Positions 35,603-45,284 are shown, counted from the stretch's first letter. The stretch: 64,000 bases of DNA from an uncultured Anaerolineales bacterium (GCA_964474655.1 CAYYTU010000002.1:64095-128094); one strand, 5' to 3'. Numbers and translations: made by a program. The notes: generated by a model not told the origin, from the sequence alone.

Positions 35603-38410
35603 ATGATGAAGAACATCACACACCCCCGACACGCCTACCTGAGCGCTGCCTTGATCGTTGCTACTCTTCTGACAGGAACGCTGCTTCTACTCCTGAACAG
35701 CAACCCGCCAGTAGTAAACGCCGACCCGATCCCACCAGAAGAGGGCGGATACCCCAAGTTTAACACCTCGATCAAGACCGTGACGCCCACGCTGGCTCAC
35801 ACCGGCGGGGAAACGCTGCGCTACCTCATCGAGATTCGCAACACCGGCGCTTACACCGCCGCCGACACCACGCTGACCGACGCCATTCCTGACGGCACCA
35901 GCTACAACGACGACGCCCAGGCCAGCGTGCCTTCTACTTTCACTGAGGAAGAGGACAAGCTGACGTGGGAAGGCGACGTCGGCTTCGACGAAAGTGTGGT
36001 GATCAGCTTCAGCCTCACCGTCGACGATAACTTCAGCGGCGTAGTGCGCAACTCGGCAGTCATCAGCCATCCGCGCATCGCCGAGCCGGTCACGAGGACC
36101 GCCGAGACCGCGGTCACCGACGAGCCGATTCTGGTCATCGACAAGACGTCAGCCCCCGCTCAGCCCGGCGCCGAAAAGCCACTGACCTACACGCTCACCG
36201 TCGCCAACCAGGGCCAACCGGCGCACGACTTGTCCCTCACCGTCACTGACCAGGTGCCGGACGACACCACCGTGAGAGACGTGGGGGCCGACGGCGATAC
36301 CGACGGCGATACCGTCACCTGGACCCGCTCCGTCACGCTGGATCTGGGGGAGACCACCAAGTTCACCTTCAGCGTCGACGTGAACGACGTGCCCAGCGGC
36401 ACGGTCATCACTAATGATGACTACCAGGTCGACAGCCCCGCTACAAGCGTCGCCGCCGGCGAACCGTACACCGTCACCATCGTCGATCCCATCTTCCGGC
36501 TCTCCAAACACGTCTGGCCCGACCCACCCGGCTCCAACCGCGAGATGACCTACACCCTCGAGCTGCTCAACAAGGGCTCGCTGGCGACGGATCTAGTCAT
36601 CACCGATCGGGTGCCGGCCGGCGTCGAATATCGGCGCGGCGGTTCGGAAACCGATGGACTCGTCTCGTGGACGTTGGATGAGCTCGATACGGGCGAGTCC
36701 GCGGCCTTCACCTTCACCGTCTACGTCAGCGACGTGCTGAACGTGCCCATCGTCAACGACGACTACGCCGTCTGCGCCCAAGGCGAGGATGTCTGCCAGA
36801 CCGGCGAGGTGCTGACCAGTGTGGTGCGCGGGCCGCATTTCGCCGCCTCGGCCGAGCTGGATCCCTTCGTCCATCAGCCCGGCGGCGGTCAAAGCCGTGT
36901 CACCCCCACCCTGAAGGTGCGCAACCTCGGTCCGGGCAACGCCCTAGATGCTCAAGCGCTCCTCTACTTTGATAACATCAACGTCCGCAATATCGATGAC
37001 GTAGATGTCATCCCCGACAAGGGTTCGCTGAGCGAGGGCCCAGACTGCGGCGACACCTGTAAGGCTTTCGTCTGGGTAGGAGACCTCAACGTTCAGGAAA
37101 TCGTGACTTTCACGACAACCTATGATCCAATGTGGGGGCACAGAGGACGGAACACCGAAGGGAGCCATCCTTTCACCACCACCATCGTCATCACCGACAG
37201 CCTCGACAACGGAACCACGGATCCCATCAGCGCAACCGCGGAGGGCTTCGCCACGGAATCGGCCGATCTGGTCGTGAGTAAATCGGCCCCGCCCGTGATC
37301 GGCCGTGGGCAATTGATGACCTATCACGTCCGGGTGCGAAACAACGCCCTGAGCACCGATGATAACCCCTGGCTGACGGATACGGTGCCCTTCAGCACCT
37401 CGCTGGTGAGCATCAGCGACGGGGGCGTGAGCCAAACCGTGGACAGCTCGACCGTCATCTCCTGGACGCTGCCGGAGATGGACCCCGCGGATGAGGTGCG
37501 CCGCTCCTTTAGCGTGCGCGTGGACGGCGATCTGGTCAGCGGCACTAGAATCGTCAATCAAGACTACAGCGTGTATTGGACGGAATCAGAGACCGAGACA
37601 CTATCCCACACCGGAGACCCGGTGACCACCACGGTCAAAGAGGTTGGTCTGATCGACTCCTACAAGGAGGTCACGCCCACGCTGACCCCGCCGGGACCGG
37701 GCAACGTGCTGACCTACTTCCTCCACATCGTCAATTCGGGGCCCCTGACGGCCACGGACGTCTCCGTCTATGATTATCTACCCTGGGAGTCCAGCACCTA
37801 TCAGCGCGACGCCGTCGCCAGCGCCGGCGAGGTCATAAGCGACATCATCAGCCTGGAGTGGACGGGCGAGGTGGGCGCGTTCTCGTCCGAGATAGTGACC
37901 TTCACCATACTCGTCGACGAGGATTATCAAGGCCCGATCACCAACACCGCCACTATCACCCATCCTGACCTGCTTAGCGAGGTTGAAGTGCAGGCCGTGG
38001 CCTACGTCACAGAGAAGCCTGTGCTGGAGATCGCCAAGCAGGCCTCACGCGATGAGGTGGAGGACGGCAACGTCCTGGAATACACCATCCGCGTGAACAA
38101 TCGGGGCCAACAGGCGACTGACCTGGTAATCACCGACACATTGCCCCAGAATACCACCTATATCCCAGATAGCGGTGGAAAGCTGGTTGATGGAGAGCTT
38201 CGCTGGAGCGCTGCTGTGCTGGAACCCGGCGGAAGCTGCGAGTTTGGATTTGCGGTGACGGTAACACAGCAAAGCAACTGGGAAGTCGCCAACGAGCGGT
38301 ATGGTGTAAGCTGCGAGGAAGGCGTCGTCGCCACAGGCGAACCAGTGGTGACGAAAATTTCCGGGGGCGGTCAGATCTACTTGCCGCTGGTGCTGAAGCA
38401 ATACAATTGA
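35603..38410 (+). CDS. Large secreted or surface protein with about 7 DUF11 ('conserved repeat domain') repeats. Adhesin-like.
   Basis: The ATGATG start at 35603 has GAGGAGG upstream. N-terminal TM or signal segment AALIVATLLTGTLLLLL. Recurring DUF11-type blocks include LTYTLTVANQGQPAHDLSLTVTDQVPDDTTV and MTYTLELLNKGSLATDLVITDRVPAGVEY. The tool ORF start at 35372 is a spurious extension. Confidence 0.75.
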   Translation: MMKNITHPRHAYLSAALIVATLLTGTLLLLLNSNPPVVNADPIPPEEGGYPKFNTSIKTVTPTLAHTGGETLRYLIEIRNTGAYTAADTTLTDAIPDGTSYNDDAQASVPSTFTEEEDKLTWEGDVGFDESVVISFSLTVDDNFSGVVRNSAVISHPRIAEPVTRTAETAVTDEPILVIDKTSAPAQPGAEKPLTYTLTVANQGQPAHDLSLTVTDQVPDDTTVRDVGADGDTDGDTVTWTRSVTLDLGETTKFTFSVDVNDVPSGTVITNDDYQVDSPATSVAAGEPYTVTIVDPIFRLSKHVWPDPPGSNREMTYTLELLNKGSLATDLVITDRVPAGVEYRRGGSETDGLVSWTLDELDTGESAAFTFTVYVSDVLNVPIVNDDYAVCAQGEDVCQTGEVLTSVVRGPHFAASAELDPFVHQPGGGQSRVTPTLKVRNLGPGNALDAQALLYFDNINVRNIDDVDVIPDKGSLSEGPDCGDTCKAFVWVGDLNVQEIVTFTTTYDPMWGHRGRNTEGSHPFTTTIVITDSLDNGTTDPISATAEGFATESADLVVSKSAPPVIGRGQLMTYHVRVRNNALSTDDNPWLTDTVPFSTSLVSISDGGVSQTVDSSTVISWTLPEMDPADEVRRSFSVRVDGDLVSGTRIVNQDYSVYWTESETETLSHTGDPVTTTVKEVGLIDSYKEVTPTLTPPGPGNVLTYFLHIVNSGPLTATDVSVYDYLPWESSTYQRDAVASAGEVISDIISLEWTGEVGAFSSEIVTFTILVDEDYQGPITNTATITHPDLLSEVEVQAVAYVTEKPVLEIAKQASRDEVEDGNVLEYTIRVNNRGQQATDLVITDTLPQNTTYIPDSGGKLVDGELRWSAAVLEPGGSCEFGFAVTVTQQSNWEVANERYGVSCEEGVVATGEPVVTKISGGGQIYLPLVLKQYN

Positions 38411-38436
38411 CGATCAGACGCCAATTATCACAGACA

Positions 38437-38478
38437 GACCAACAATCCCCCTGAATCACTCAGGGGGATTTTCCATTG
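38437..38478 (+). terminator. Probable intrinsic (Rho-independent) terminator for the DUF11 gene.
   Basis: Hairpin ATCCCCCTGA-atcac-TCAGGGGGAT followed by TTTTCC. Confidence 0.6.
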
Positions 38479-38593
38479 GTAGGAAACGCCGCCGGCGCAG
38501 AAAACCGCCCGCGGAAGCGCCCTACACCCAGCGCGAGCTGATGAGCCCGAATCAGATTAACGGGAGGTCGTAGGGCATCCGTCTATACCCGAA

Positions 38594-39883
38594 TCAATCC
38601 CTTAGACGCCATAACACCTCTCGCGCTGCCTCCACCGTGCGCTCGATATCCTCGTCGGAGTGAGCCAGGGAGATAAACCCGGCCTCGAACTGCGACGGCG
38701 CGATGTAGACGCCGCGCTCCAGCATCGCGTGGAAGTAACGCCCGAAGCGCTCCGTATCCGACACCTTGGCGCTCTCGTAATCGGTCACCGGCTCCGGGCT
38801 GAAGAAGTTGGAGAACATCGTGCCCACGCGCGTCTGGTAGATCGGCACGCCGGCCTCCTCGGCGGCCTCGCCGACGCCCGCGGCCAGCTTCGCCGCCTTC
38901 TGCTCAATCTCGTCGAAGACACCCAGCTCGCGCAGCACCTTCAGCGTCTCAATGCCGGCCGTCATCGCCAACGGATTTCCGGAGAGCGTACCCGCCTGAT
39001 ACATCGGCCCGGCCGGCGCCACCGTCTCCATAATCTCTCGCTTGCCCGCGTAGGCCCCGACGGGCAGCCCGCCGCCGATCACCTTGCCCAGCGTCGTCAC
39101 GTCCGGCTCGATGTCGTACAGCTCCTGCGCGCCGCCGTAGGCCACGCGGAAGCCCGTCATCACCTCGTCGAAGATCAACACCGCGTCGTGCGCCTCGGTC
39201 AACGCCCGCAGCCCCTCCAAGAAGCCCTCCTCCGGCGGGACGACGCCCATATTCCCGCCCACCGGCTCCACGATGACCGCCGCGATCTCCTCTGGGTATG
39301 TCTCGAAGGCCGCCTCCACCGCCTCCAAGTCGTTGAAGGGCGCGGTGAGCGTATCCTGCGCCGTGCCCGCCGGCACGCCCGGGCTATCCGGCAGGCCGAG
39401 CGTCGCCACGCCGGAGCCAGCCTGCACCAGCAGGAAGTCGGCGTGGCCGTGGTAGCAGCCCACGAACTTGACGATCTTGTCGCGCCCGGTGTAGGCCCGG
39501 GCCAGGCGCAGAGCGCTCATCGTGGCCTCGGTGCCGGAGTTGACGAAGCGCACCATCTCCACCGCTGGCATGGCCTCGATCACCAGCTCGGCCAATTCCG
39601 TCTCCAGCTCGGTCGGCGCGCCGTAACTGGTGCCGCGCTCCACGGCCCGCTTGAGCGGCTCGGCCACCCGGGGGTGCGCGTGCCCCAAAATCAACGGTCC
39701 CCACGAGAGGACATAATCGACGTACCGGTTGCCGTCGGCGTCGTAGACGTACGGCCCCTCGCCGCGCTCAATGAAGAGCGGCTGCCCACCGACGGCGCTG
39801 AACGCCCGCGCGGGGCTATCCACCCCACCGGGAATGACCCGCTGGGCCTCATCGAAAAGCTCTACCGATCGTTGAATCTCCAT
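38594..39883 (-). CDS. hemL: Glutamate-1-semialdehyde 2,1-aminomutase.
   Basis: Class-III aminotransferase motifs, including the PLP-lysine region [21 protein letters not shown] (MEIQRS) at 39883 has AGGAGAG upstream. The tool's 5' extension is spurious. Confidence 0.9.
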   Translation of the reverse strand: MEIQRSVELFDEAQRVIPGGVDSPARAFSAVGGQPLFIERGEGPYVYDADGNRYVDYVLSWGPLILGHAHPRVAEPLKRAVERGTSYGAPTELETELAELVIEAMPAVEMVRFVNSGTEATMSALRLARAYTGRDKIVKFVGCYHGHADFLLVQAGSGVATLGLPDSPGVPAGTAQDTLTAPFNDLEAVEAAFETYPEEIAAVIVEPVGGNMGVVPPEEGFLEGLRALTEAHDAVLIFDEVMTGFRVAYGGAQELYDIEPDVTTLGKVIGGGLPVGAYAGKREIMETVAPAGPMYQAGTLSGNPLAMTAGIETLKVLRELGVFDEIEQKAAKLAAGVGEAAEEAGVPIYQTRVGTMFSNFFSPEPVTDYESAKVSDTERFGRYFHAMLERGVYIAPSQFEAGFISLAHSDEDIERTVEAAREVLWRLRD

Positions 39884-39893
39884 TCTCTCTCCT

Positions 39894-39940
39894 AACTTGC
39901 TTACTTGCCACTTGCAAACTTGCACACTTGCAGACTTGCT
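39894..39940 (-). repeat. Six tandem octamer repeats (mRNA sense GCAAGUNN) filling the ahbAB-hemL intergenic space immediately 5' of the hemL Shine-Dalgarno sequence.
   Basis: Plus strand reads aacttgc ttacttgc cacttgc aaacttgc acacttgc agacttgc. Minus-strand sense reads GCAAGUCU GCAAGUGU GCAAGUUU GCAAGUG GCAAGUAA GCAAGUU followed by AGGAGAG and the ATG. Confidence 0.85.
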
Positions 39941-40937
39941 ACTCTTCCACGAAATACCGCACGCGCTCCTTCTTGAACTCCCGCTGGCTGTAAAGGATGG
40001 TGTGTTCGAGCGGGCCAATCTCGCGGATGGACATCATCCGTAGACGAATCTGCTCGACGATCGTCTCCACCTCCTCCTTCGATTGTCCGTGAACCATCGT
40101 GAACAGGTTGTACGGCCAGCGCGGCGGACAGGCCGGGCGCTGATAGCAGTGGCTGACGGCCGGGAAGGCTGCCGCCGCCTGCCCCGCCTCCACGATCCGC
40201 TCCTCCGGCACCACCCAGCAGGCCATCCCGTTGGCCGTGAAGCCGGCCCGTCGATGCTTGAGCACCGCGCTGAAGCGCCGCATCACGCCTCGCCGGTCCA
40301 TATCACGCGCCGCCTCCAAAAGTTCTTCCTCCAGCACGCCGAGCTGAGCGGCTGCCTCCTCGAAGGGCCGCTTCACCAGCGGCATGTGGCCCTGCAGGAC
40401 GCGCACCACGTCGCGATCGAAGTCGGTGAGCGTGACCGCATCTTCGGAGCCCTGGGGCGCACTCTCCGCCTTCGCCCGGCGCTTATCCCGCGACATATCG
40501 AAGTGCACGCCGAGCTTGAAGAGCCGCAGCGAGGGCAGGTTGAGCCAATCGCCCACGCCACCATCTTCGGCCAGTCGAGCGATCTCCTCCTCCAGAACTT
40601 GCTCCGGCGGCAGGGTCAGCGTGAACCAGAGGTTGTAGTAGTGATTCCGCGAGTAGTTGTGGCTGACGCCCGGGTGCGTGCTGACCATCGCGGCCACCTC
40701 GTCGAGGCGCTCCGGCTCCACGCGAAAGGCCACCAGCGTGCTCTGGTAGCCCAGGCGGCGCGAGGAGAAGATCGGCCCAATCTGGCGGATGATGTTTTCC
40801 TCCTTCAGCCGCCGGACCCGTCGCAGCACCTCATCCTCGCTCAGACCTAACGTCTCACCCAGCGCCGCGAAAGGCCGCGGCACCAGCGGGACGGCCTCCT
40901 GTAGCGCATCCAGCAGTTGACGATCAACGGTGTCCAT
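39939..40937 (-). CDS. ahbAB: Fused siroheme decarboxylase (AhbA/AhbB, NirD/NirL-like) with two Lrp/AsnC-type modules. Alternative haem biosynthesis pathway.
   Basis: Two repeated halves, each with an HTH-like N-terminus ([30 protein letters not shown] / [27 protein letters not shown]) and the NirDL-type RAM-like domain motifs GVSHNY / AVSHCY. Confidence 0.72.
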   Translation of the reverse strand: MDTVDRQLLDALQEAVPLVPRPFAALGETLGLSEDEVLRRVRRLKEENIIRQIGPIFSSRRLGYQSTLVAFRVEPERLDEVAAMVSTHPGVSHNYSRNHYYNLWFTLTLPPEQVLEEEIARLAEDGGVGDWLNLPSLRLFKLGVHFDMSRDKRRAKAESAPQGSEDAVTLTDFDRDVVRVLQGHMPLVKRPFEEAAAQLGVLEEELLEAARDMDRRGVMRRFSAVLKHRRAGFTANGMACWVVPEERIVEAGQAAAAFPAVSHCYQRPACPPRWPYNLFTMVHGQSKEEVETIVEQIRLRMMSIREIGPLEHTILYSQREFKKERVRYFVEE

Positions 40938-41020
40938 GACTTGTTTCCCAATGCTCCAGGCGGGTCTGCCACCCGCGTCTCTTCAGCGGCGGGGTTACAA
41001 CCCCCGCCGGAGCAGAAAAA

Positions 41021-42088
41021 TCACGATGGCTCATACAGGCAGTACGGCTCCTCGGCCATATAATCGCCGGTCAGGCTGTAGGCGCGGGCGCGGCAGCCGC
41101 CGCAGCGATGCACAAACGCACACTCGCCGCACTTCCCCTCCAGCTGGCTCAGATCGCGCAACTTACGGAACACGGGCGACTCCTGGTAGATGGTCCCGAA
41201 GTCCTGCTCGCGCACGTTGCCCGCCAGCACCGGCAGGTAGCCGCAGGGATAGACCTCGCCCCGATGCGAGATGAAGCAGTAGCCCATCCCAGCCAGACAG
41301 CCGCGGCTCATCCGATCCAGCCCGCGCTGACGCCCCACCAGGTTCGGCGGCGTCTCCGATTCCTTCTGGCGCGTCAGCACCAAGCGCATAAACTGCGGCC
41401 CACAGGTCACCCGCAGCGGGATGGGCGAATCGAGCGCCGCGTCGTAGATCCAGTTGAGGATCGACTCGTACTCCTCCGGCGACAGCTCATCGTCCACCTG
41501 ACCGCGCCCGGTCGGCACGAGCATAAAGACGTGCCAGGCCGCCGCCCCCAGCGCGACGGACAGGTCGTGAATCGCCTCCAGATCGTCCACGTTCTGGCGC
41601 ATCACCGTGGTGTTGATCTGAAAGGGCAGCTCCCCCTCAGCACAATACCGGATGCCGCGCACGGCCTCGTCGAAGGCGCCGGGCACGCCGCGGATAGCGT
41701 CGTGACGCTCGTCGCAGGAGCCATCAATGCTAACCGAGACCCGCTTGATCCCCACATCCTTCATCCGCTCCACAATCGCCGGCGTGATCAGCGTGCCGTT
41801 GGGGGAGATCGCCACGCGCAGGCCCTGCTCGTTGGCGTAGGCCGCGATGTCGAAGACGTCCGCGCGCATCAGGGGCTCGCCGCCGCTGATGATGAAGATC
41901 GGCCTGGACAGCGTCGCGATCTCGTCGATCAGGCCCATCACCTCGTCGGTGGTCAATTCGTCGGGGGCTGGGTCGCGCTGGGCGCTGGCCCGGCAGTGGC
42001 GGCAGACCAGGTTGCAGGCCCTCGTTGATTCCCAGGCGATGACGCGCGGGGCCGGGCCGATGGCGTCGCTTCCGAATGGATGGGGCAT
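41021..42088 (-). CDS. Radical-SAM/SPASM enzyme of the AhbC/AhbD (NirJ-like) family.
   Basis: Radical-SAM cluster CNLVCRHC. C-terminal auxiliary cluster cysteines CGECAFVHRCGGCRARAY. Sits in the hem/ahb context. Confidence 0.7.
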   Translation of the reverse strand: MPHPFGSDAIGPAPRVIAWESTRACNLVCRHCRASAQRDPAPDELTTDEVMGLIDEIATLSRPIFIISGGEPLMRADVFDIAAYANEQGLRVAISPNGTLITPAIVERMKDVGIKRVSVSIDGSCDERHDAIRGVPGAFDEAVRGIRYCAEGELPFQINTTVMRQNVDDLEAIHDLSVALGAAAWHVFMLVPTGRGQVDDELSPEEYESILNWIYDAALDSPIPLRVTCGPQFMRLVLTRQKESETPPNLVGRQRGLDRMSRGCLAGMGYCFISHRGEVYPCGYLPVLAGNVREQDFGTIYQESPVFRKLRDLSQLEGKCGECAFVHRCGGCRARAYSLTGDYMAEEPYCLYEPS

Positions 42089-42091
42089 CGG

Positions 42092-43126
42092 CTACCTCCC
42101 CTCGCTCAGCCAACGGGCGGCGTCCTTGGCCCAATAGGTCAGGATCACGTCGGCGCCGGCCCGCTTGATGGAAGTGAGCGCCTCCAGCGCCACGGCCCGC
42201 TCGTCGATCCAGCCCTTCTGTGCCGCGGCCTTGATCATCGAGAACTCGCCGCTGACGCTGTAGGCCGCCACCGGGTAATCGAAAGTCTCCCGCACCCGCC
42301 GAATGATGTCGAGATACGGCAGCGCTGGCTTGACCATCACGATGTCGGCGCCCTCGTCGATATCGAGCGCCACCTCGCGCAGCGCCTCGCAGGCGTTGGG
42401 CGGGTCCATCTGATGGCTGCTGCGGTCGCCGAACTGCGGCGGCGACTGACAGGCATCCCGAAACGGGCCATAGAAACTGGAAGCGTACTTGGCGGCGTAG
42501 GAGAGGATGCTCACGTGCGCGTAGCCAGCCCCGTCCAGCGCCTCGCGGATCGCGCCCACCATCCCGTCCATCATCCCCGAGGGGGCCACCATATCGGCGC
42601 CGGCCTCGGCGTGCGAGACGGCGACCTTGGCCAGGACGTCCAGTGTCTCATCGTTCAAGATGTAGCCATCGGGCAGGCCGCAGCTTTCGGGACGGAGGTC
42701 GTGCCCGCCCCACTGCCCCCCTTTGATCAGGCCGCAGTGGCAACACTCGGTGTACTCGCAGAGGCAGACGTCGGTGATGACCGTCAGATCGGGCACGGTG
42801 TCCTTGATGGCACGGATGGCCTGCTGGACGATGCCGTGCTCGGCGAAGTTCTCTCGGCCGATGGGGTCCCGTTCCGCTGGCAGGCCGAAGAGGATCACGG
42901 CTGGGATGCCCAGGTCCGCGATCTCCTCCACCTCCGCCGGCAGCCGGTCAATGGACCAGTGGTAGTTGCCCGGCATCGACGGTATCTCGCGCTTCACGTC
43001 CTCGCCGTGGACGGCGAAAAGCGGATAGATCAGGTCAGATGGTGCAAGCGTCGTCTCCCGCACCATCCGGCGGACGTTCTCACTGATCCGCAGCCGGCGC
43101 AGTCGATAGGCAGGGAAATGACTCAT
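42092..43126 (-). CDS. hemB: Porphobilinogen synthase (delta-aminolevulinic acid dehydratase).
   Basis: Cys-rich zinc site [14 protein letters not shown] and the active-site Lys region [12 protein letters not shown] ([13 protein letters not shown]) at 43126 has GGAGGAG upstream. The tool start is a TTG extension. Confidence 0.9.
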   Translation of the reverse strand: MSHFPAYRLRRLRISENVRRMVRETTLAPSDLIYPLFAVHGEDVKREIPSMPGNYHWSIDRLPAEVEEIADLGIPAVILFGLPAERDPIGRENFAEHGIVQQAIRAIKDTVPDLTVITDVCLCEYTECCHCGLIKGGQWGGHDLRPESCGLPDGYILNDETLDVLAKVAVSHAEAGADMVAPSGMMDGMVGAIREALDGAGYAHVSILSYAAKYASSFYGPFRDACQSPPQFGDRSSHQMDPPNACEALREVALDIDEGADIVMVKPALPYLDIIRRVRETFDYPVAAYSVSGEFSMIKAAAQKGWIDERAVALEALTSIKRAGADVILTYWAKDAARWLSEGR

Positions 43127-43278
43127 AAAATACTCCTCCAGAGAAACCAATGCGGCTCCTATGAAATGGGGAAACCTCTAATCCCCAGTCATAACTCGCT
43201 CGAGGTCACGTGCAGAGGTGCAGAAAACACTAGCTGCGAGGGGAAGCGCCATACATTTAGAGATGGATGACCAGTGGA

Positions 43279-43662
43279 TCATCTGACATACGGCTCAAGC
43301 ACCTCAAGGCCAGAGAAATTCCGGTAATGCTTGAGGTTAAACGTATAGAGCGGCGCGTCGCGCTCCAACGCCATAGCCGCGATGATACAATCGGGAGCCT
43401 CAACGCCAAATTCAAGCCGATAGGTCACCAATAAATCGAATGCCCGCTCAAATTCGCTGGCTTCGGGCCAAATCACGTTGAAGCGACGGATGAACGCTTG
43501 CACACGTTCCAGATCGGCCTTGTCTCGACACCCGGCGACCAACTCCATCGCTACAACGCCAGGGATCCCGAAGACCCGGTCCGAGGAGTGACGCAACCAC
43601 CTGTCGGCTGACGCTAAGCCGCGCAGACAGTCGATCAAAACGTCAGTATCGAGCAGTATCAT
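43279..43662 (-). CDS. vapC: PIN-domain toxin (VapC-like).
   Basis: MILLDTDVLID carries the PIN acidic residues. Length 127 aa. Its start overlaps the upstream antitoxin's stop. Confidence 0.8.
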   Translation of the reverse strand: MILLDTDVLIDCLRGLASADRWLRHSSDRVFGIPGVVAMELVAGCRDKADLERVQAFIRRFNVIWPEASEFERAFDLLVTYRLEFGVEAPDCIIAAMALERDAPLYTFNLKHYRNFSGLEVLEPYVR

Positions 43663-43922
43663 CGCTCAGAACGCTTCCAGGTTTCTTCACGAAGGGTGCG
43701 AGCGAGCGCAGGACTGGCAGGCAGATCATCACGCTCCTCCCACATACCGAAGAACTCCGATTCTCGCAGATCGCCCAGTGTGGAATGGCGCTCCGATGCG
43801 GTTTCGGTGGGTGCGAATACGATGATGACCTCCATCGAGCCAGCCGGCACATCTTCTGGAACCCGAAGGGTAAGCGTGCGTTCGGGGGTGACTGTGGTCT
43901 TGAATTTGACAAGGCGTATCAT
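43659..43922 (-). CDS. vapB: Antitoxin partner of VapC (VapB-like).
   Basis: Small ORF translationally coupled to vapC. The preferred start MIRLVKF at 43922 sits directly behind GGAGGTGAGG. The tool start is 43937. Confidence 0.55.
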   Translation of the reverse strand: MIRLVKFKTTVTPERTLTLRVPEDVPAGSMEVIIVFAPTETASERHSTLGDLRESEFFGMWEERDDLPASPALARTLREETWKRSER

Positions 43923-43935
43923 CCTCACCTCCGCC

Positions 43936-43953
43936 ATCTATGGTACCATAGAT
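43936..43953. promoter_or_regulatory. Perfect 18-bp palindrome ATCTATGGTACCATAGAT just upstream of vapB. Probable toxin-antitoxin operator.
   Basis: The sequence is self-complementary. It is positioned at -14 to -31 relative to the vapB start. Its core ATGGTACCATAG recurs at 34228 and, as ATGGTACAATAG, at 29250. Confidence 0.6.
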
Positions 43954-44021
43954 CGATAGTTATACCAATGTGCAAGTCGCATAGGGAAAGTCTACAGCTC
44001 CAAGTGAAACAGGGTTCACCA

Positions 44022-45200
44022 TCACATACCAATTTCTTCATCGGTCAGATAGCAGGCCGGGTCCGGCGCCCAGACGTCGCCGTGGACCGCCTCGGCGCGC
44101 ACCCGGAAGTTGCCGTTGCAGATGTCCAGGTACTGGCACTCGGCGCAGCGCCCCTTGAGCAACGGCTTGCGGTCCTTCAGCCCCGCCATCAGCGGATCGG
44201 ACGTGTCGGTCCAGATCTCGCCAAAGGGTCGCTCGCGCACGTTGCCGAACGAATGATGCTGCCAGAACTGGTCGGGGTGGACGTTCCCCAGGTGATCCAC
44301 CGCCGCGATGCCAACGCCGGAGGCATTGCCACCGTTGGCCTGCAGCAGCGAGAGCACCTCCTCGTACCGCTCCGGCTGCTCGCGCCTCACGCGCTCCAGG
44401 AGGTACGGCGCGTCGGCGTGGTTGTCGACGGTCAGGATCTCGATGTCCACCCCCTGGCGGTGAAACGCCATCGCGCGGTCGAAGATCATATCGACGGCGG
44501 CGCGGGTCTCCTCCAGCGTCAGGTCGTCGGCCCGCATACGCTCGCCGCGTCCGGCGTAGACCAGGTGATAGAAACAGGCCCGCGGGATGCCCTCGTCGCG
44601 CAGCAAGTCCAGGATGGCGGGAAGATCCTCGACGTTATGCTTATTGAGCGTCAGTCGCAGCCCTGTGCGCACGCCGACCGCCTGACAGCGATGGAAGCCC
44701 TCCAGCGCCGCGTCGAAGGCGCCGTCCACCCCGCGGAAGCGATCGTTGGTCTCGCCGATGCCGTCGAGCGAGATGCCAACGTAGGAAAAGCCCGCGTCCC
44801 GGATGCGCTGGGCGTTGGCGCGGTTGATCAACGTGCCATTGGTGGAGATCACCGTGCGCAGCCCCCGCTCGACGGCATAGGCGCCCAGCTCGAACAGATC
44901 GCCGCGCATCAGCGGCTCGCCGCCAGAGAAGAGCAGCACCGGCACGCCGAAGTCGGCCAGGTCGTCGATGAAGCCTTTCGCTTCGACGGTGCTCAGCTCA
45001 TTAGGCGCAGGCTCGGCCTTGGCGGTGTAATAGCAATGCACGCAGCGCAAGTTGCACGCCTTGGTCGAGTTCCAGACCACGATCGGTTTTCGGCTCAAAT
45101 TGGCCTCTCGGCGACTGGCGTACTCCTTCTCCCGCCACTTGTAACGCAGACGGTCCTGAGGACCAATCTGATCGCAGAGAAGCCGGGTAACACTGATCAT
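44022..45200 (-). CDS. Radical-SAM/SPASM enzyme of the AhbC/AhbD (NirJ-like) family. Second copy.
   Basis: Radical-SAM cluster CNLRCVHCY. C-terminal cysteines CAECQYLDICNGNFR. GGAGAGGA lies upstream of the ATG. Confidence 0.7.
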   Translation of the reverse strand: MISVTRLLCDQIGPQDRLRYKWREKEYASRREANLSRKPIVVWNSTKACNLRCVHCYYTAKAEPAPNELSTVEAKGFIDDLADFGVPVLLFSGGEPLMRGDLFELGAYAVERGLRTVISTNGTLINRANAQRIRDAGFSYVGISLDGIGETNDRFRGVDGAFDAALEGFHRCQAVGVRTGLRLTLNKHNVEDLPAILDLLRDEGIPRACFYHLVYAGRGERMRADDLTLEETRAAVDMIFDRAMAFHRQGVDIEILTVDNHADAPYLLERVRREQPERYEEVLSLLQANGGNASGVGIAAVDHLGNVHPDQFWQHHSFGNVRERPFGEIWTDTSDPLMAGLKDRKPLLKGRCAECQYLDICNGNFRVRAEAVHGDVWAPDPACYLTDEEIGM

Positions 45201-45227
45201 CCTATCCTCTCCATCATCTTTTGTGCG

Positions 45228-45262
45228 TTTATCAATTTTACGCTACAATCAGACCATAAGTC
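45228..45262 (+). promoter_or_regulatory. Near-consensus sigma-70 promoter TTGTGC-17-TACAAT for the small plus-strand gene.
   Basis: ttgtgc gtttatcaattttacgc tacaat sits in an AT-rich divergent region between ahbC-like (minus) and 45285..45599 (plus). Confidence 0.6.
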
Positions 45263-45284
45263 CCAATCGCGAAAGAGGTGGTGT

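Noticed and set aside
39894-39940. Possible CRISPR array, considered because of regularly spaced short repeats here and at 45672..45708 and 47284..47316.
   Set aside because: Units are only 7-8 nt with 1-2-nt variable positions and no spacers of 25-40 nt. No cas genes are present. They are treated as tandem micro-repeats or regulatory sites instead.
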